Notes under the pieces: generated by a model
Seen by the model: the letters and a program-made list of their open reading frames with translations, nothing else
Database searches by the model: none
Told to the model about the DNA's origin: nothing
Virus record (IMG/VR): IMGVR_UViG_3300005805_000170
Span: 1-41,194 of that record
Source of the DNA: a virus
Lineage: Duplodnaviria; Caudoviricetes
Direction: 5' to 3' (one strand)
DNA length: 41,194 bases
Part shown: positions 1-8,525 of the stretch, one piece after another
How positions within the stretch are numbered: the stretch's first letter is position 1
Layout of the letters: each line of letters opens with the position of its first letter
Made by a program: the position numbers and the translations under genes

Positions 1-152
1 TATTTGATGATTACGAATCAAGAATAAAATATAAATACGGGGACAGGGCATACCAGATACCGCATATCACGGCTCCATTGAATAGGAAAAATACAAGCAG
101 TGGCACAACCGAAGAAGTGCTTAAGGAAAAGAACAAAAATGATTTACAATGA
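1..152 (+). CDS. C-terminal fragment of an upstream gene (truncated by window start)
   Basis: Frame 3 is open from base 3 (FDDYESRIKYKYGD...KNDLQ) to TGA at 150-152. It overlaps the probable ATG (139) of the next gene, as expected for coupled genes. Confidence 0.55.
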   Translation, partial: FDDYESRIKYKYGDRAYQIPHITAPLNRKNTSSGTTEEVLKEKNKNDLQ

Positions 153-999
153 TGTGAGCCCAGAACACCTTGGTGGTGGAGTTATCCTTTTCAGAAATGC
201 AATTACCTTTGATTTTGAATGGGCATGCAAGTTTTCTGAAGAAGCAGTTTCTAGGGAACTTCTAGAAATGTATACCCCTGCGATAGACCAAGAGTCTGGT
301 AAAAATGGGTTCTTGAATAAGAGTGGATATTTTTTTGAAAAAGAAGATACATTGCTGATGCCAAGACGCGGAGCAAGCGTGCATAGGGACGGTAATCAAG
401 AAGTCGTTGCCTTCCTATCGTTCCTAGAAGAATCAAAAGACAGATATCTTTTAAAATACCTAGTTGAGTACCCTCTCGCCTATAAGAATATTTGGTGGAA
501 AGTAAAGGGGCATATAGTGTCTTACTCTGTAGAAAATGGCGGAAAATTCCTTGGTCAGCATTCCGACACTAGCGCCGACTATGCATACGGATTCGAGCAC
601 CCAAGAGACCAGCTGGCAACTAGAAACACATTGACTTCTCTTGTTTACTTTAATGACGACTTCTCCGGTGGTGAGCATTTTTTTAATTACTTGGATATTA
701 CATACAAACCCAATAAAGGCGACATATTAATGTTTCCATCAAATTTTATTGCTGCGCACGAAATAAAGCCAATCACTAACGGAAGCAGATACTCCTATCT
801 TGGCTGGTACGCACACGGCTCTCCAAATCCAGCATTTAATGAATTTGTTGCGGACCCCATCACTGAACCAGAGCTTTCTCGTATTTCTACAAACGTCTAT
901 ATGCCTAATCTGAGAGAAGATTTTAAAAAATATATAACAAAAATAAATTTAAGCGATGACTCTCCAGCATGGCACTTAGTTGAAAGTATGCATTCATGA
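139..999 (+). CDS. 2OG-Fe(II) dioxygenase (prolyl-4-hydroxylase-like)
   Basis: HxD (HSD), YFNDDFSGGE, KPNKGDILMFPS, distal His (AHEIKPI) and RYS 2OG-binding motif. ATG at 139 after AAGGA is a likelier start than the GTG at 100. Confidence 0.88.
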   Translation: MIYNDVSPEHLGGGVILFRNAITFDFEWACKFSEEAVSRELLEMYTPAIDQESGKNGFLNKSGYFFEKEDTLLMPRRGASVHRDGNQEVVAFLSFLEESKDRYLLKYLVEYPLAYKNIWWKVKGHIVSYSVENGGKFLGQHSDTSADYAYGFEHPRDQLATRNTLTSLVYFNDDFSGGEHFFNYLDITYKPNKGDILMFPSNFIAAHEIKPITNGSRYSYLGWYAHGSPNPAFNEFVADPITEPELSRISTNVYMPNLREDFKKYITKINLSDDSPAWHLVESMHS

Positions 1000-1751
1000 A
1001 AGTTCATCACTACGGTCATGCAATAGTTGGATTTGAAGGTGCTTTAGATGCAACAAAACAGCAGGTTGATGAATTTATACACAACGTGACATCCGTAAAG
1101 CAACCAGACAAAACAACAGTGGATGAAGATACTGGGAAAATAATAAATAGCGGTGGATATGAAATTGATAAAAATTTGTTGATTGAGCAACCAGAGAGAT
1201 ATCAAAACCTACGAAATACTGGTCTTGGTCAACAAGATATGCATTTCATAGACCTACTGGATGAGACAATGTCAAAATGTTTTACCGAGTACGTCGACCT
1301 TTTTCCTGTTGCGCAGGACTCAGTTGAATGGAGAACAAATGGATATTTAATCAAATACGGTAAAGGACAGTCCATGGGTCCACATTCTGATAGTGCAATA
1401 CCAAAACTTGGTTTGGTTGATAACCAAGAAAATCCTATGAGCCGTTTGGCTCCACTCATGAACACATTGACTGCTGGGATAATTCTAAACGACGACTACG
1501 ATGGCGGCAATCTTCATTTTCGCCAGTGGGGGGTAACCCCAAAAACTCCAGCGCTATCAGCAATTATCTACCCATCAGCTTTTTCTGGATGCCACGAGGT
1601 TTTCCCTGTTAAGAACGGATTCAGGTATGCATTTCTTTGCTGGTACGGACAGGGGCCAAGTGGCGGGTATCAGCTTCCAATTCCAGCGATGCAGAAGCGC
1701 TCTGACGTACGCGAGATAGCTGTCGGATACGAAAGAATTGTTTCGCCATAA
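996..1751 (+). CDS. 2OG-Fe(II) dioxygenase (prolyl-4-hydroxylase-like)
   Basis: HSD, LNDDYDGGNLHF, YPS..GCHEVFPVKNGFRYAFLCWY. ATGA overlap with the previous gene. Confidence 0.88.
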   Translation: MKVHHYGHAIVGFEGALDATKQQVDEFIHNVTSVKQPDKTTVDEDTGKIINSGGYEIDKNLLIEQPERYQNLRNTGLGQQDMHFIDLLDETMSKCFTEYVDLFPVAQDSVEWRTNGYLIKYGKGQSMGPHSDSAIPKLGLVDNQENPMSRLAPLMNTLTAGIILNDDYDGGNLHFRQWGVTPKTPALSAIIYPSAFSGCHEVFPVKNGFRYAFLCWYGQGPSGGYQLPIPAMQKRSDVREIAVGYERIVSP

Positions 1752-1784
1752 ACGATTATGTTGATTTTATGTGTAGCGATATTT

Positions 1785-2705
1785 TTAGTCTAACACTTTC
1801 TTATTCTTAAAATCTAAACCAGCAAACTCTTCATACTCACTAAGTGGGCGCTCGGAACCTAAGGCAAATTCACCGATTATATTATTTTCAAATATTTGCC
1901 TATATTCCTGTTTTGACTCTGCATCCAGTTTTTCCCATAGTTCTGGATAATCCCTCCATGCATGGTGGCGACGCACTTTATGGAACGGTTGACCAGAATG
2001 GTACAGGTGAAACATCGTATGTCTAAATGGCATGACTAAGTCAAAACCATGGGTAAATGCGCGTGCCGCAATTAGAAGTTCCTCGCCCCAGAAAGCAATT
2101 TTTGGATTTGGCTTTATTTTAGCAAATTCACCCAATGTAAATATCGAGCCACCAGAAACAGATTTTATATACCCACAGTCTTGATGTATTGCTTTTGCGG
2201 TTTGTGTTGGTATGAGTGTTTCTTGAAATTTTTTAGTATTTTCACCAAACCATATTCCACATTGATAGAAACCATTTGTTGTTTCATACAGTTCTTTGCC
2301 GTTTTCCAGGTAACCATACGATTGTGGGTATTGGGTGACAAGTGGTTTCTGTACCCCCATTTTTTGATACTGGTTTATTGCATCAATACAGATTTCATCC
2401 CAATCTTTGACAAATCGCATGTGTGAGTCAATTTGGAGATAATAGTCCTCGTCGTTATAGAATTCATTGGCTATATATCTTGCTTTTTGCAAACCTATAT
2501 TATTTGGTGCAATACTTGTGTGAATTAAAACGTTTGGTCTTTCGGCAACAGAAACTTCGCCCTCAAAGGCAACGCAGTTGTGTACTCCAAAATTAATTGT
2601 ATTATCACCACTAGATTTAACAATACAGTCATCTATTGTTTTTTGAAGTTCAAAATCTCTATACGATGGTATTTGTATGAATATTGAAGACATACTGATG
2701 CCCAT
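1785..2705 (-). CDS. GT-A glycosyltransferase resembling Skp1-hydroxyproline N-acetylglucosaminyltransferase (Gnt1/GlcNAc family)
   Basis: IFIQIPSYRD, AR....Y.DEDYYLQIDSHMRF.KDWD (DxH in place of DxD), F.GEE...AARAFTHGFD, HLY. The start may be 2693 (MSSIF). Confidence 0.8.
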   Translation of the reverse strand: MGISMSSIFIQIPSYRDFELQKTIDDCIVKSSGDNTINFGVHNCVAFEGEVSVAERPNVLIHTSIAPNNIGLQKARYIANEFYNDEDYYLQIDSHMRFVKDWDEICIDAINQYQKMGVQKPLVTQYPQSYGYLENGKELYETTNGFYQCGIWFGENTKKFQETLIPTQTAKAIHQDCGYIKSVSGGSIFTLGEFAKIKPNPKIAFWGEELLIAARAFTHGFDLVMPFRHTMFHLYHSGQPFHKVRRHHAWRDYPELWEKLDAESKQEYRQIFENNIIGEFALGSERPLSEYEEFAGLDFKNKKVLD

Positions 2706-2726
2706 CCAAACTAGAATTTATATTAA

Positions 2727-2951
2727 TTACCATTTACCTATTGGGCATACGGCTGATTCTAATTTGGTTTTTAACGCCATAAAACATCCACATTCCCTGC
2801 ATTGTTTTGTGCCCTTGATTAGCCGTGGGCATTCTTCGCAGATTTCCATTCGCTTAGAAGCAGTTTCTTCGTCTGTGTAGTTTTTTGAATTAACAATGTC
2901 CCATGGGCGCGCGTCTCCCAGTTTTTTCTTGTACTCCTGCCACGGTGACAT
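2727..2951 (-). CDS. Small Cys-rich putative metal-binding protein (DUF6171-like)
   Basis: R..IC..CP.....QC.ECGCFM..K......CP.GKW pattern; GGAG RBS upstream. Confidence 0.7.
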   Translation of the reverse strand: MSPWQEYKKKLGDARPWDIVNSKNYTDEETASKRMEICEECPRLIKGTKQCRECGCFMALKTKLESAVCPIGKW

Positions 2952-2973
2952 TTCTCTCCTCAGTATGAATGGA

Positions 2974-3201
2974 TTAAGAAGTTGGCCAAGGGCTGTCTAT
3001 CGGTGGGAGATATCCACCTGGAGCCGGATATCCACCTTCGAGTACAACTATTGTTGGGTTTGAAGAAAGACACGCAATTTTTCGTTCTGCCGATGGTGGT
3101 ACTGTCAATATGTCTGCAATTTGCCCATCAATAATAAACAAAAATGTTGGCCAACCAGCTACATCTGGCATTGGTGATAAGCCTTCTGGGGGATTACTCA
3201 T
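2974..3201 (-). CDS. Small hypothetical protein
   Basis: 75-aa ORF with AGGAG RBS, co-oriented in the tail-tip operon. Confidence 0.65.
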   Translation of the reverse strand: MSNPPEGLSPMPDVAGWPTFLFIIDGQIADILTVPPSAERKIACLSSNPTIVVLEGGYPAPGGYLPPIDSPWPTS

Positions 3202-3242
3202 ATTTTCTCCTGCGTATTAATTGCTCGTTTGTATATTGAAGC

Positions 3243-3821
3243 TTAGCATCCCAATTCAAACCCTGCACAGCCAGCGAAGTTGGCGAATGTTGCAGGACAG
3301 CCGCAATTAGCGTCACCGTATGTATCAAAGTAACCACCGTAAGGGCATCCGAAAGCGAAAGCGTCACAACTGCTGATTTGACCCTTGTATGCGCAAGGAG
3401 GACTTGTGTAATTTCCTGCGTTACAACTAACACAAGTATAACCAGCGCAAGGGTCTGGTGCAGCGGTTGTAGTCGTAGGAAATGATGGCGGGAAGAACGG
3501 CGGAGCAACTGGGGTGACCGAGTTTGAGGCAGAAGATGCATCAGAATTGACCCCATACGGGGTCTCAAGACTCACGGAAAATGTATATGCAGTTCCGTTT
3601 GAAAGACCAGTTACCGATATGGAGCTACATGGAGCAGCACATGTTCCCGAAAGGGAGCCTGGTGATGATGTTGCCCTGTAGGTTCCGCTATCGGTTTTGC
3701 CTCTGTATGTGGATTCCGTGAATGGAACTGTCGCAGAAGCATTGCCAGCAGTGGCGGTTCCAATGGTTGGAGTTGCTGGTTTTTTTCCTTGGCTCGAAGT
3801 GTTTCCTACTACTGGTCTCAT
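3243..3821 (-). CDS. FN3-domain virion/tail-tip protein with PPFFPPSFP-TTTT linker and Cys-rich C-terminus
   Basis: PTIGTATAGNASATVPF...TGLSNGTAYTFSV...S.ASNSVTP is a fibronectin type III signature; 10 Cys in the last ~70 aa. Confidence 0.75.
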   Translation of the reverse strand: MRPVVGNTSSQGKKPATPTIGTATAGNASATVPFTESTYRGKTDSGTYRATSSPGSLSGTCAAPCSSISVTGLSNGTAYTFSVSLETPYGVNSDASSASNSVTPVAPPFFPPSFPTTTTAAPDPCAGYTCVSCNAGNYTSPPCAYKGQISSCDAFAFGCPYGGYFDTYGDANCGCPATFANFAGCAGFELGC

Positions 3822-4756
3822 GTTAAGCTAAGGTCTCCAACCAGGTACCACTCTTCTGTTGCTCTCTTTATTAATGTTGCAGAGGAGTATTGAGCTCTTA
3901 GATAGGTTCCGGGGGCCGAACGAATTGTTGTGGTTCCTGGCGTTACGGCGACTATCTGTGTTTTACCAGCTCCATATTGAGTGATGTGTATTTGAGAGCC
4001 AATAGGAAAAGCTACTGAGTTGGTGGGAACGCTGACGGTGTTCGCACCAGCAAGATTCATCTCAATAAACTTATTTTTGTCAGTCAGAACAAGAGTGTAA
4101 TTCGATGTTTTTGTATCAATTGTTACATCAGCAATTTTGCCTATTTCAATTGCGGCTGTTGCTGAAATATCGGCATCGACAATCACACCAGAGGCGATTG
4201 CCGTTACGCCTGTATCCGAGATTGTCACGTCTCCAGTTTCTGCTACTGCAGTCGGTACACCAGATGAGTTATAGACAATGATGTTGCCAGCAGTGCTCGT
4301 TGCGAGTTTTGACAAAGCAATTGCGGCAGAGGCGTTAATGTCGGCGTTAACGATTGTTCCGTCAAGAATCTTTCCAGATGTTACGGCTCCGTCTGCCAAT
4401 TCTGTTGCCGTAATTGTTCCAGCAGCGATGTCCGCCGCGATTACTGTTCCTGGAGCAATTTTTGCAGATGTTACCGAGTTGTCGGCAAGTTTGATTTCTG
4501 TAATCGTTCCATCGCCCACGGTGAACTGTGCCGAGCTCTGCCAAGCGGCGCCGTCATAAAACTGAATTAAATTCACATCATCGAGGTAGCAAATACGGCC
4601 CTCTGATAAAACCGGCTGACCAGCACCGCCAAATGAGGCGTCACGCGTTGCAGCGTCAGCAAAACGGGTAACAGCCTGGTCCATGAGGTAGCCATTAACT
4701 TGTGCTGCGGTGAGTATCTCTCCAGAAGCAAATACCCTGATTCCTGAGCCAGCCAT
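3818..4756 (-). CDS. Tail fibre / tail-associated structural protein
   Basis: N-terminal F.SGEILTAAQVN.YLMDQ; repeated IT..KLA / VT.AKIA / IV.ADI units; C-terminal LRAQYSSATLIK...W.LVGDL typical of phage fibre proteins. Confidence 0.7.
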   Translation of the reverse strand: MAGSGIRVFASGEILTAAQVNGYLMDQAVTRFADAATRDASFGGAGQPVLSEGRICYLDDVNLIQFYDGAAWQSSAQFTVGDGTITEIKLADNSVTSAKIAPGTVIAADIAAGTITATELADGAVTSGKILDGTIVNADINASAAIALSKLATSTAGNIIVYNSSGVPTAVAETGDVTISDTGVTAIASGVIVDADISATAAIEIGKIADVTIDTKTSNYTLVLTDKNKFIEMNLAGANTVSVPTNSVAFPIGSQIHITQYGAGKTQIVAVTPGTTTIRSAPGTYLRAQYSSATLIKRATEEWYLVGDLSLT

Positions 4757-4784
4757 TTTTAAATCTCCTTATTATTAAGTAAAA

Positions 4785-4793
4785 AGTTTATCA
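4785..4793 (-). promoter_or_regulatory. Extended -10 promoter (TGA-TAAACT) for the tail fibre operon
   Basis: Intergenic, followed by AAGGAG RBS. Confidence 0.45.
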
Positions 4794-4800
4794 TTTTTAT

Positions 4801-6327
4801 TTATGCTGAAGTCGTGAAGGTAACTGGCGATGATTCAACAGCGCTGACTCCAGCCTCATTTACCGCTTTAAGCTTGACGAAATAACTTGTTGAACTGGTA
4901 AGTCCTGTTATAGTGATGGGCGGACTTCCTTTTGCTGGAGACAATGGAGCATATGCCCCATAGGAAACACCGTCGGTAGATATTGAAATTTCGTAATTTG
5001 AAATGATTCCTCCGCCGTCTCCGCCGCCAGGAACCGATAATGGCAAGAATGTCAAGGTTGCCGTTGTAGACGTCACAGAAGTCACCGTAATGCTGTCTGG
5101 AGCTTCTGTAGGGGCAACAACATCACCAAGTCTTATCTCCGAAAGTCGTCCGAAAGATATGTCGTCAAGTGTTAAGTAAAACTCATCAATTGTTTCGTGA
5201 TAAATCTTGTACCCCATAGGTCTTGCTGGCTCCATTGCGGCAAGAACCAAGACGCTTGACTCGCCATTGGATGCATCTGGTGTTTCGTTCTCTAGGGTTC
5301 TTACAAGAAAACTCCAATTGTCCCCATTGTAGTTTGGAGTTATAGAAACGCTTTTTGTTGATTGAGTGTCATCCTTGGTAAAAATCAAAACTTGTTTAGC
5401 TGAATTGAGCAGCGCGTTCCGCGTTCCAGCTCCACGACCGTAGTGGGAGTTAAGCAGCTGCCATTCAATGAAAGCTCTTTCATCTGTATAGTTAGAAAAG
5501 AATCGCGACCCATCTGCTTTTGATATGTTCTTCCGAACAGTAGAGCCAGTAAATTGTGAAAGCCAATTAATATACTTGTCTTTTACAAAAGCAGGATTAA
5601 CGAGAGCGCTGTTAACAATCGGCTCTGCAGTTTCAAGCGAATTTGTAATTTCATTACGCTCAAATGGGTAAATTTCCTTGTACTCAGTCATTACCTCGTT
5701 TGAGGCTGAAGTCAGTATGTCGAGAAGTCTGTGGAATGGCGCTGTTGGATACTGCTCTGCGCTGTCTATTTCCCAGTAGAAATCTGGCATGAAATTACGT
5801 GCCAATGCAATATATTGATTATTATAGAAAGCCCTGTCATCAATAAGATTTGGATAAGTAAGATATATGTTCCCGCCACCATGTCCAGAAACTGTTATCG
5901 ATGCCGACACAGTATGAACCACTTCATCATTAGGCACAATAACTGTATTTGACTGAATCGCCCCATATAGGCCGCCAGATAGGGTTCGCTGATGAGGGTC
6001 GGGTGCTGTTTCTCCATCGACAACAATCTGAAAAGTAACAGTGGACTCTGACGAGGGTCTTAATTTTGCATTAAAAGACAATGTTTTACCATTTTCAGAA
6101 AGTCTTAGAAGCTGCTCGTCAAGAATTAGAGTTACATCTCCAGACCCGGAAGGTGCAACGCGTAGTACATATCTCAAGTTTGTAATAAACTCTGTTGGAA
6201 TAACACTGAGCGTGCTGTTTGTTGAAACCCATTCTGTTCCAGAAGCGGAAATAGGAATAGTGACGCTTGCTGATGTCGACCTCAGAAGTGCGCTGTCAGC
6301 CGATAAGAGATTTACTGTTGTCGCCAT
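4801..6327 (-). CDS. Baseplate wedge / tail protein (P2 gpI-like region) with C-terminal FN3 domain
   Basis: Follows baseplate J; WLSQFTG...GRGAGT..AL..ARPMG motifs; C-terminal ITGLTSSTSYFVKLKAVN FN3. Confidence 0.65.
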   Translation of the reverse strand: MATTVNLLSADSALLRSTSASVTIPISASGTEWVSTNSTLSVIPTEFITNLRYVLRVAPSGSGDVTLILDEQLLRLSENGKTLSFNAKLRPSSESTVTFQIVVDGETAPDPHQRTLSGGLYGAIQSNTVIVPNDEVVHTVSASITVSGHGGGNIYLTYPNLIDDRAFYNNQYIALARNFMPDFYWEIDSAEQYPTAPFHRLLDILTSASNEVMTEYKEIYPFERNEITNSLETAEPIVNSALVNPAFVKDKYINWLSQFTGSTVRKNISKADGSRFFSNYTDERAFIEWQLLNSHYGRGAGTRNALLNSAKQVLIFTKDDTQSTKSVSITPNYNGDNWSFLVRTLENETPDASNGESSVLVLAAMEPARPMGYKIYHETIDEFYLTLDDISFGRLSEIRLGDVVAPTEAPDSITVTSVTSTTATLTFLPLSVPGGGDGGGIISNYEISISTDGVSYGAYAPLSPAKGSPPITITGLTSSTSYFVKLKAVNEAGVSAVESSPVTFTTSA

Positions 6328-6328
6328 A

Positions 6329-7777
6329 TTATTCAGGCGCCAGAGTATACGTTATAGTCAAATCTTCCACAGAAATAAGTGGGAGCGAGCCCTTATTCAA
6401 GAACAAAATGTCGTCTCCAAATTGAGGTAGCCATCCACTGTTGGTTCCAGTTATAGACAGTGACTCAACGTAGACAACGCCTGGTATGTTGCTTATCAAT
6501 GAAACTAGACGTGTCTTTCTGACTCTGTCATCTGTAAACGGGAATTCAGCTGGGGATAAGTATGAGACTATATTGTTTTCGATATTCTCCTGCAGTGTTT
6601 CCTGAACAAATGCAGGGTCAATAACGATTGAAGCAACCAGCTCCATTGTTAATATATTTGCATCTAGAATATTAAAAGAAAGACCAGCAACAGACCTATC
6701 TGTAACATCTAGGAGTATTGTTTCTTTTTCTGTTGCTGTCAAAAAAGTATTTAATCCATAAGTAAATACAGCAACGTTTCCTGGATTTTCAATTCCTGCA
6801 GATGCTGTTCCAGTTATTGACGTGCTTGAGGAGTTGGTATTTACACTGACAAAAGAGAACGTCGTATCGGATGTTCCGGTAACTGTCCTTTCTCCATTAA
6901 ATTTTGCTCCGCAGTTTTCCAGAGCAACAACATCACCAACCACGAATAGGTGGTCGGCATCTGTCTCTACTGTTGCAAGGTTTGTATCCAAAAATGTAGT
7001 TATGATATTTGCTGTTCTAGAAACCGAAATATCGCCAAGCCCTGGGTCGCCATCTGTAAGGTCATAAGATTTAGCGCGGCTAACTACGCCTGGATAGTTG
7101 GATATTATGTATGCATCAAGCTGGGATGATTTGTTTATTGCAGAACTAAGTGAGCGAAGGTATGTTGCAGATTTGGATAGATAATCTGAATCCTCGTCTG
7201 CGTTTATTCCATTAGCAAAATTTGCAGAAGTAACTACGGAAAATATGTTTGTACCGGAACTAACCACGCTTAATTCTGTTCCTGGGGTGGTTATTGGCGG
7301 AATTATTCCTGGAGCCAAGCACGATACCGTGACAGAGGCACTAGGCAGGTCGTCTTCTGGGCCTGGGTTCTCGATGCCCTCAATTACAACTGTTTCAACA
7401 GTCTGAAAAGCAAATTCTGTTACTTCGTCTTCAAATAGCGTTTCATAGCTAAATATTGTTCCGGCTGGGACCGTGCCTCCCGAGTATGAATCAAGAGTTA
7501 TGGTAACGTCGACTTCGGCTGAAACAGCTTGCTGTTTTGAAAATCCCAATATGTTCATTATGCCTTCCATCAATCTGTCTGGAAGCCTATTTATTGATGC
7601 GATATTTAATGAGCTGATATATGCCGCAGCTTGAAATATTGCGTCCTCCGGGGTGCCAACGCGCAAGTTGAATTCTGGAAGTGTTAATCTTGCAATTTCT
7701 ATTGCGTCAAAATAGATGTCACCTGGTTCGGCGTCAAATATGCTTAGGTCAATATATTTAGAAAAATCTGCGGCCAT
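6329..7777 (-). CDS. Baseplate J-like wedge protein
   Basis: GTVPAGTIF, NG..ADEDSDYL, LISLISNIPGVVYVES-like C-terminus; position in the baseplate module. Confidence 0.8.
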   Translation of the reverse strand: MAADFSKYIDLSIFDAEPGDIYFDAIEIARLTLPEFNLRVGTPEDAIFQAAAYISSLNIASINRLPDRLMEGIMNILGFSKQQAVSAEVDVTITLDSYSGGTVPAGTIFSYETLFEDEVTEFAFQTVETVVIEGIENPGPEDDLPSASVTVSCLAPGIIPPITTPGTELSVVSSGTNIFSVVTSANFANGINADEDSDYLSKSATYLRSLSSAINKSSQLDAYIISNYPGVVSRAKSYDLTDGDPGLGDISVSRTANIITTFLDTNLATVETDADHLFVVGDVVALENCGAKFNGERTVTGTSDTTFSFVSVNTNSSSTSITGTASAGIENPGNVAVFTYGLNTFLTATEKETILLDVTDRSVAGLSFNILDANILTMELVASIVIDPAFVQETLQENIENNIVSYLSPAEFPFTDDRVRKTRLVSLISNIPGVVYVESLSITGTNSGWLPQFGDDILFLNKGSLPLISVEDLTITYTLAPE

Positions 7778-8085
7778 TATCCAACCTCGCCTTTAACCCT
7801 AAATGAAAACTCAACTTTCATTTCGTTACCATTTGTGTTTATGTTCGTATTTAGATTTGTTATTTGTACTTCAGGCACGAATCTTGCTGCATTCAATATG
7901 AATACGCCCTTGTCAATTCCGCGGAAGGATGGGTCAAGAACACCAAAACGTGGGGAGAATACGTGTGTTCTTGGCTCTGTGAGGATTGATATTGTTAAAA
8001 GTTGAGCATAAAAATCTTCGCTTCCATCTCTATGTTTCTGAAAGCCGCTTCTGTCAAACTTTACTGGGAACTTAATCATGTCCAT
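7777..8085 (-). CDS. Baseplate wedge / sheath initiator (gp25-like)
   Basis: About 100 aa with TEPRTHVFSPRFGVLDPSF (resembles the 'ER...P.FG' gp25 motif), directly before baseplate J. Confidence 0.65.
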   Translation of the reverse strand: MDMIKFPVKFDRSGFQKHRDGSEDFYAQLLTISILTEPRTHVFSPRFGVLDPSFRGIDKGVFILNAARFVPEVQITNLNTNINTNGNEMKVEFSFRVKGEVG

Positions 8086-8441
8086 TATGCGTTCTCCAAT
8101 GCCTCTATGCGAGCTTCCAGGCTTGCAATTGTGGACAAAAGACCGTCAACAATTTCCTTGGATGCAAAGACATCATTTTTTATTTTTGAAGAACCTAAAA
8201 CAACTATGTCAGTAAAAAACTCATCAGTAAACGTGCAGGTCACAACGTCATTTTTTACCAATTTATTAAGAGTCGTACAACCGAGTGGCATGGTGGGCCC
8301 AAATGTTGCTCCGAGTCCTTTTATGTTTACCGTCACTTGCCCTGAGTCGTCAACGGACTCAACTGACCCTTTATAGAATTGTCCAGGCTTAAGCGGGTGC
8401 GACGAGCCTTTATCTCTGTTTACAATATTTGGGGAAACCAT
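8085..8441 (-). CDS. Small baseplate spike-like (gpV OB-fold-like) protein
   Basis: FYKGSVESVDDSGQVTVNI...DVVTCTF..D.VVLG; C-terminal coiled coil; position between hub and gp25. Confidence 0.5.
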   Translation of the reverse strand: MVSPNIVNRDKGSSHPLKPGQFYKGSVESVDDSGQVTVNIKGLGATFGPTMPLGCTTLNKLVKNDVVTCTFTDEFFTDIVVLGSSKIKNDVFASKEIVDGLLSTIASLEARIEALENA

Positions 8442-8525
8442 GTTATGCCTTGTTTCTTGGAGTTTGACAAGTAAAGTTTACATTAAAGTGCTTAATTGAA
8501 TGAAGGTTTACAATTTTCAAATTGC

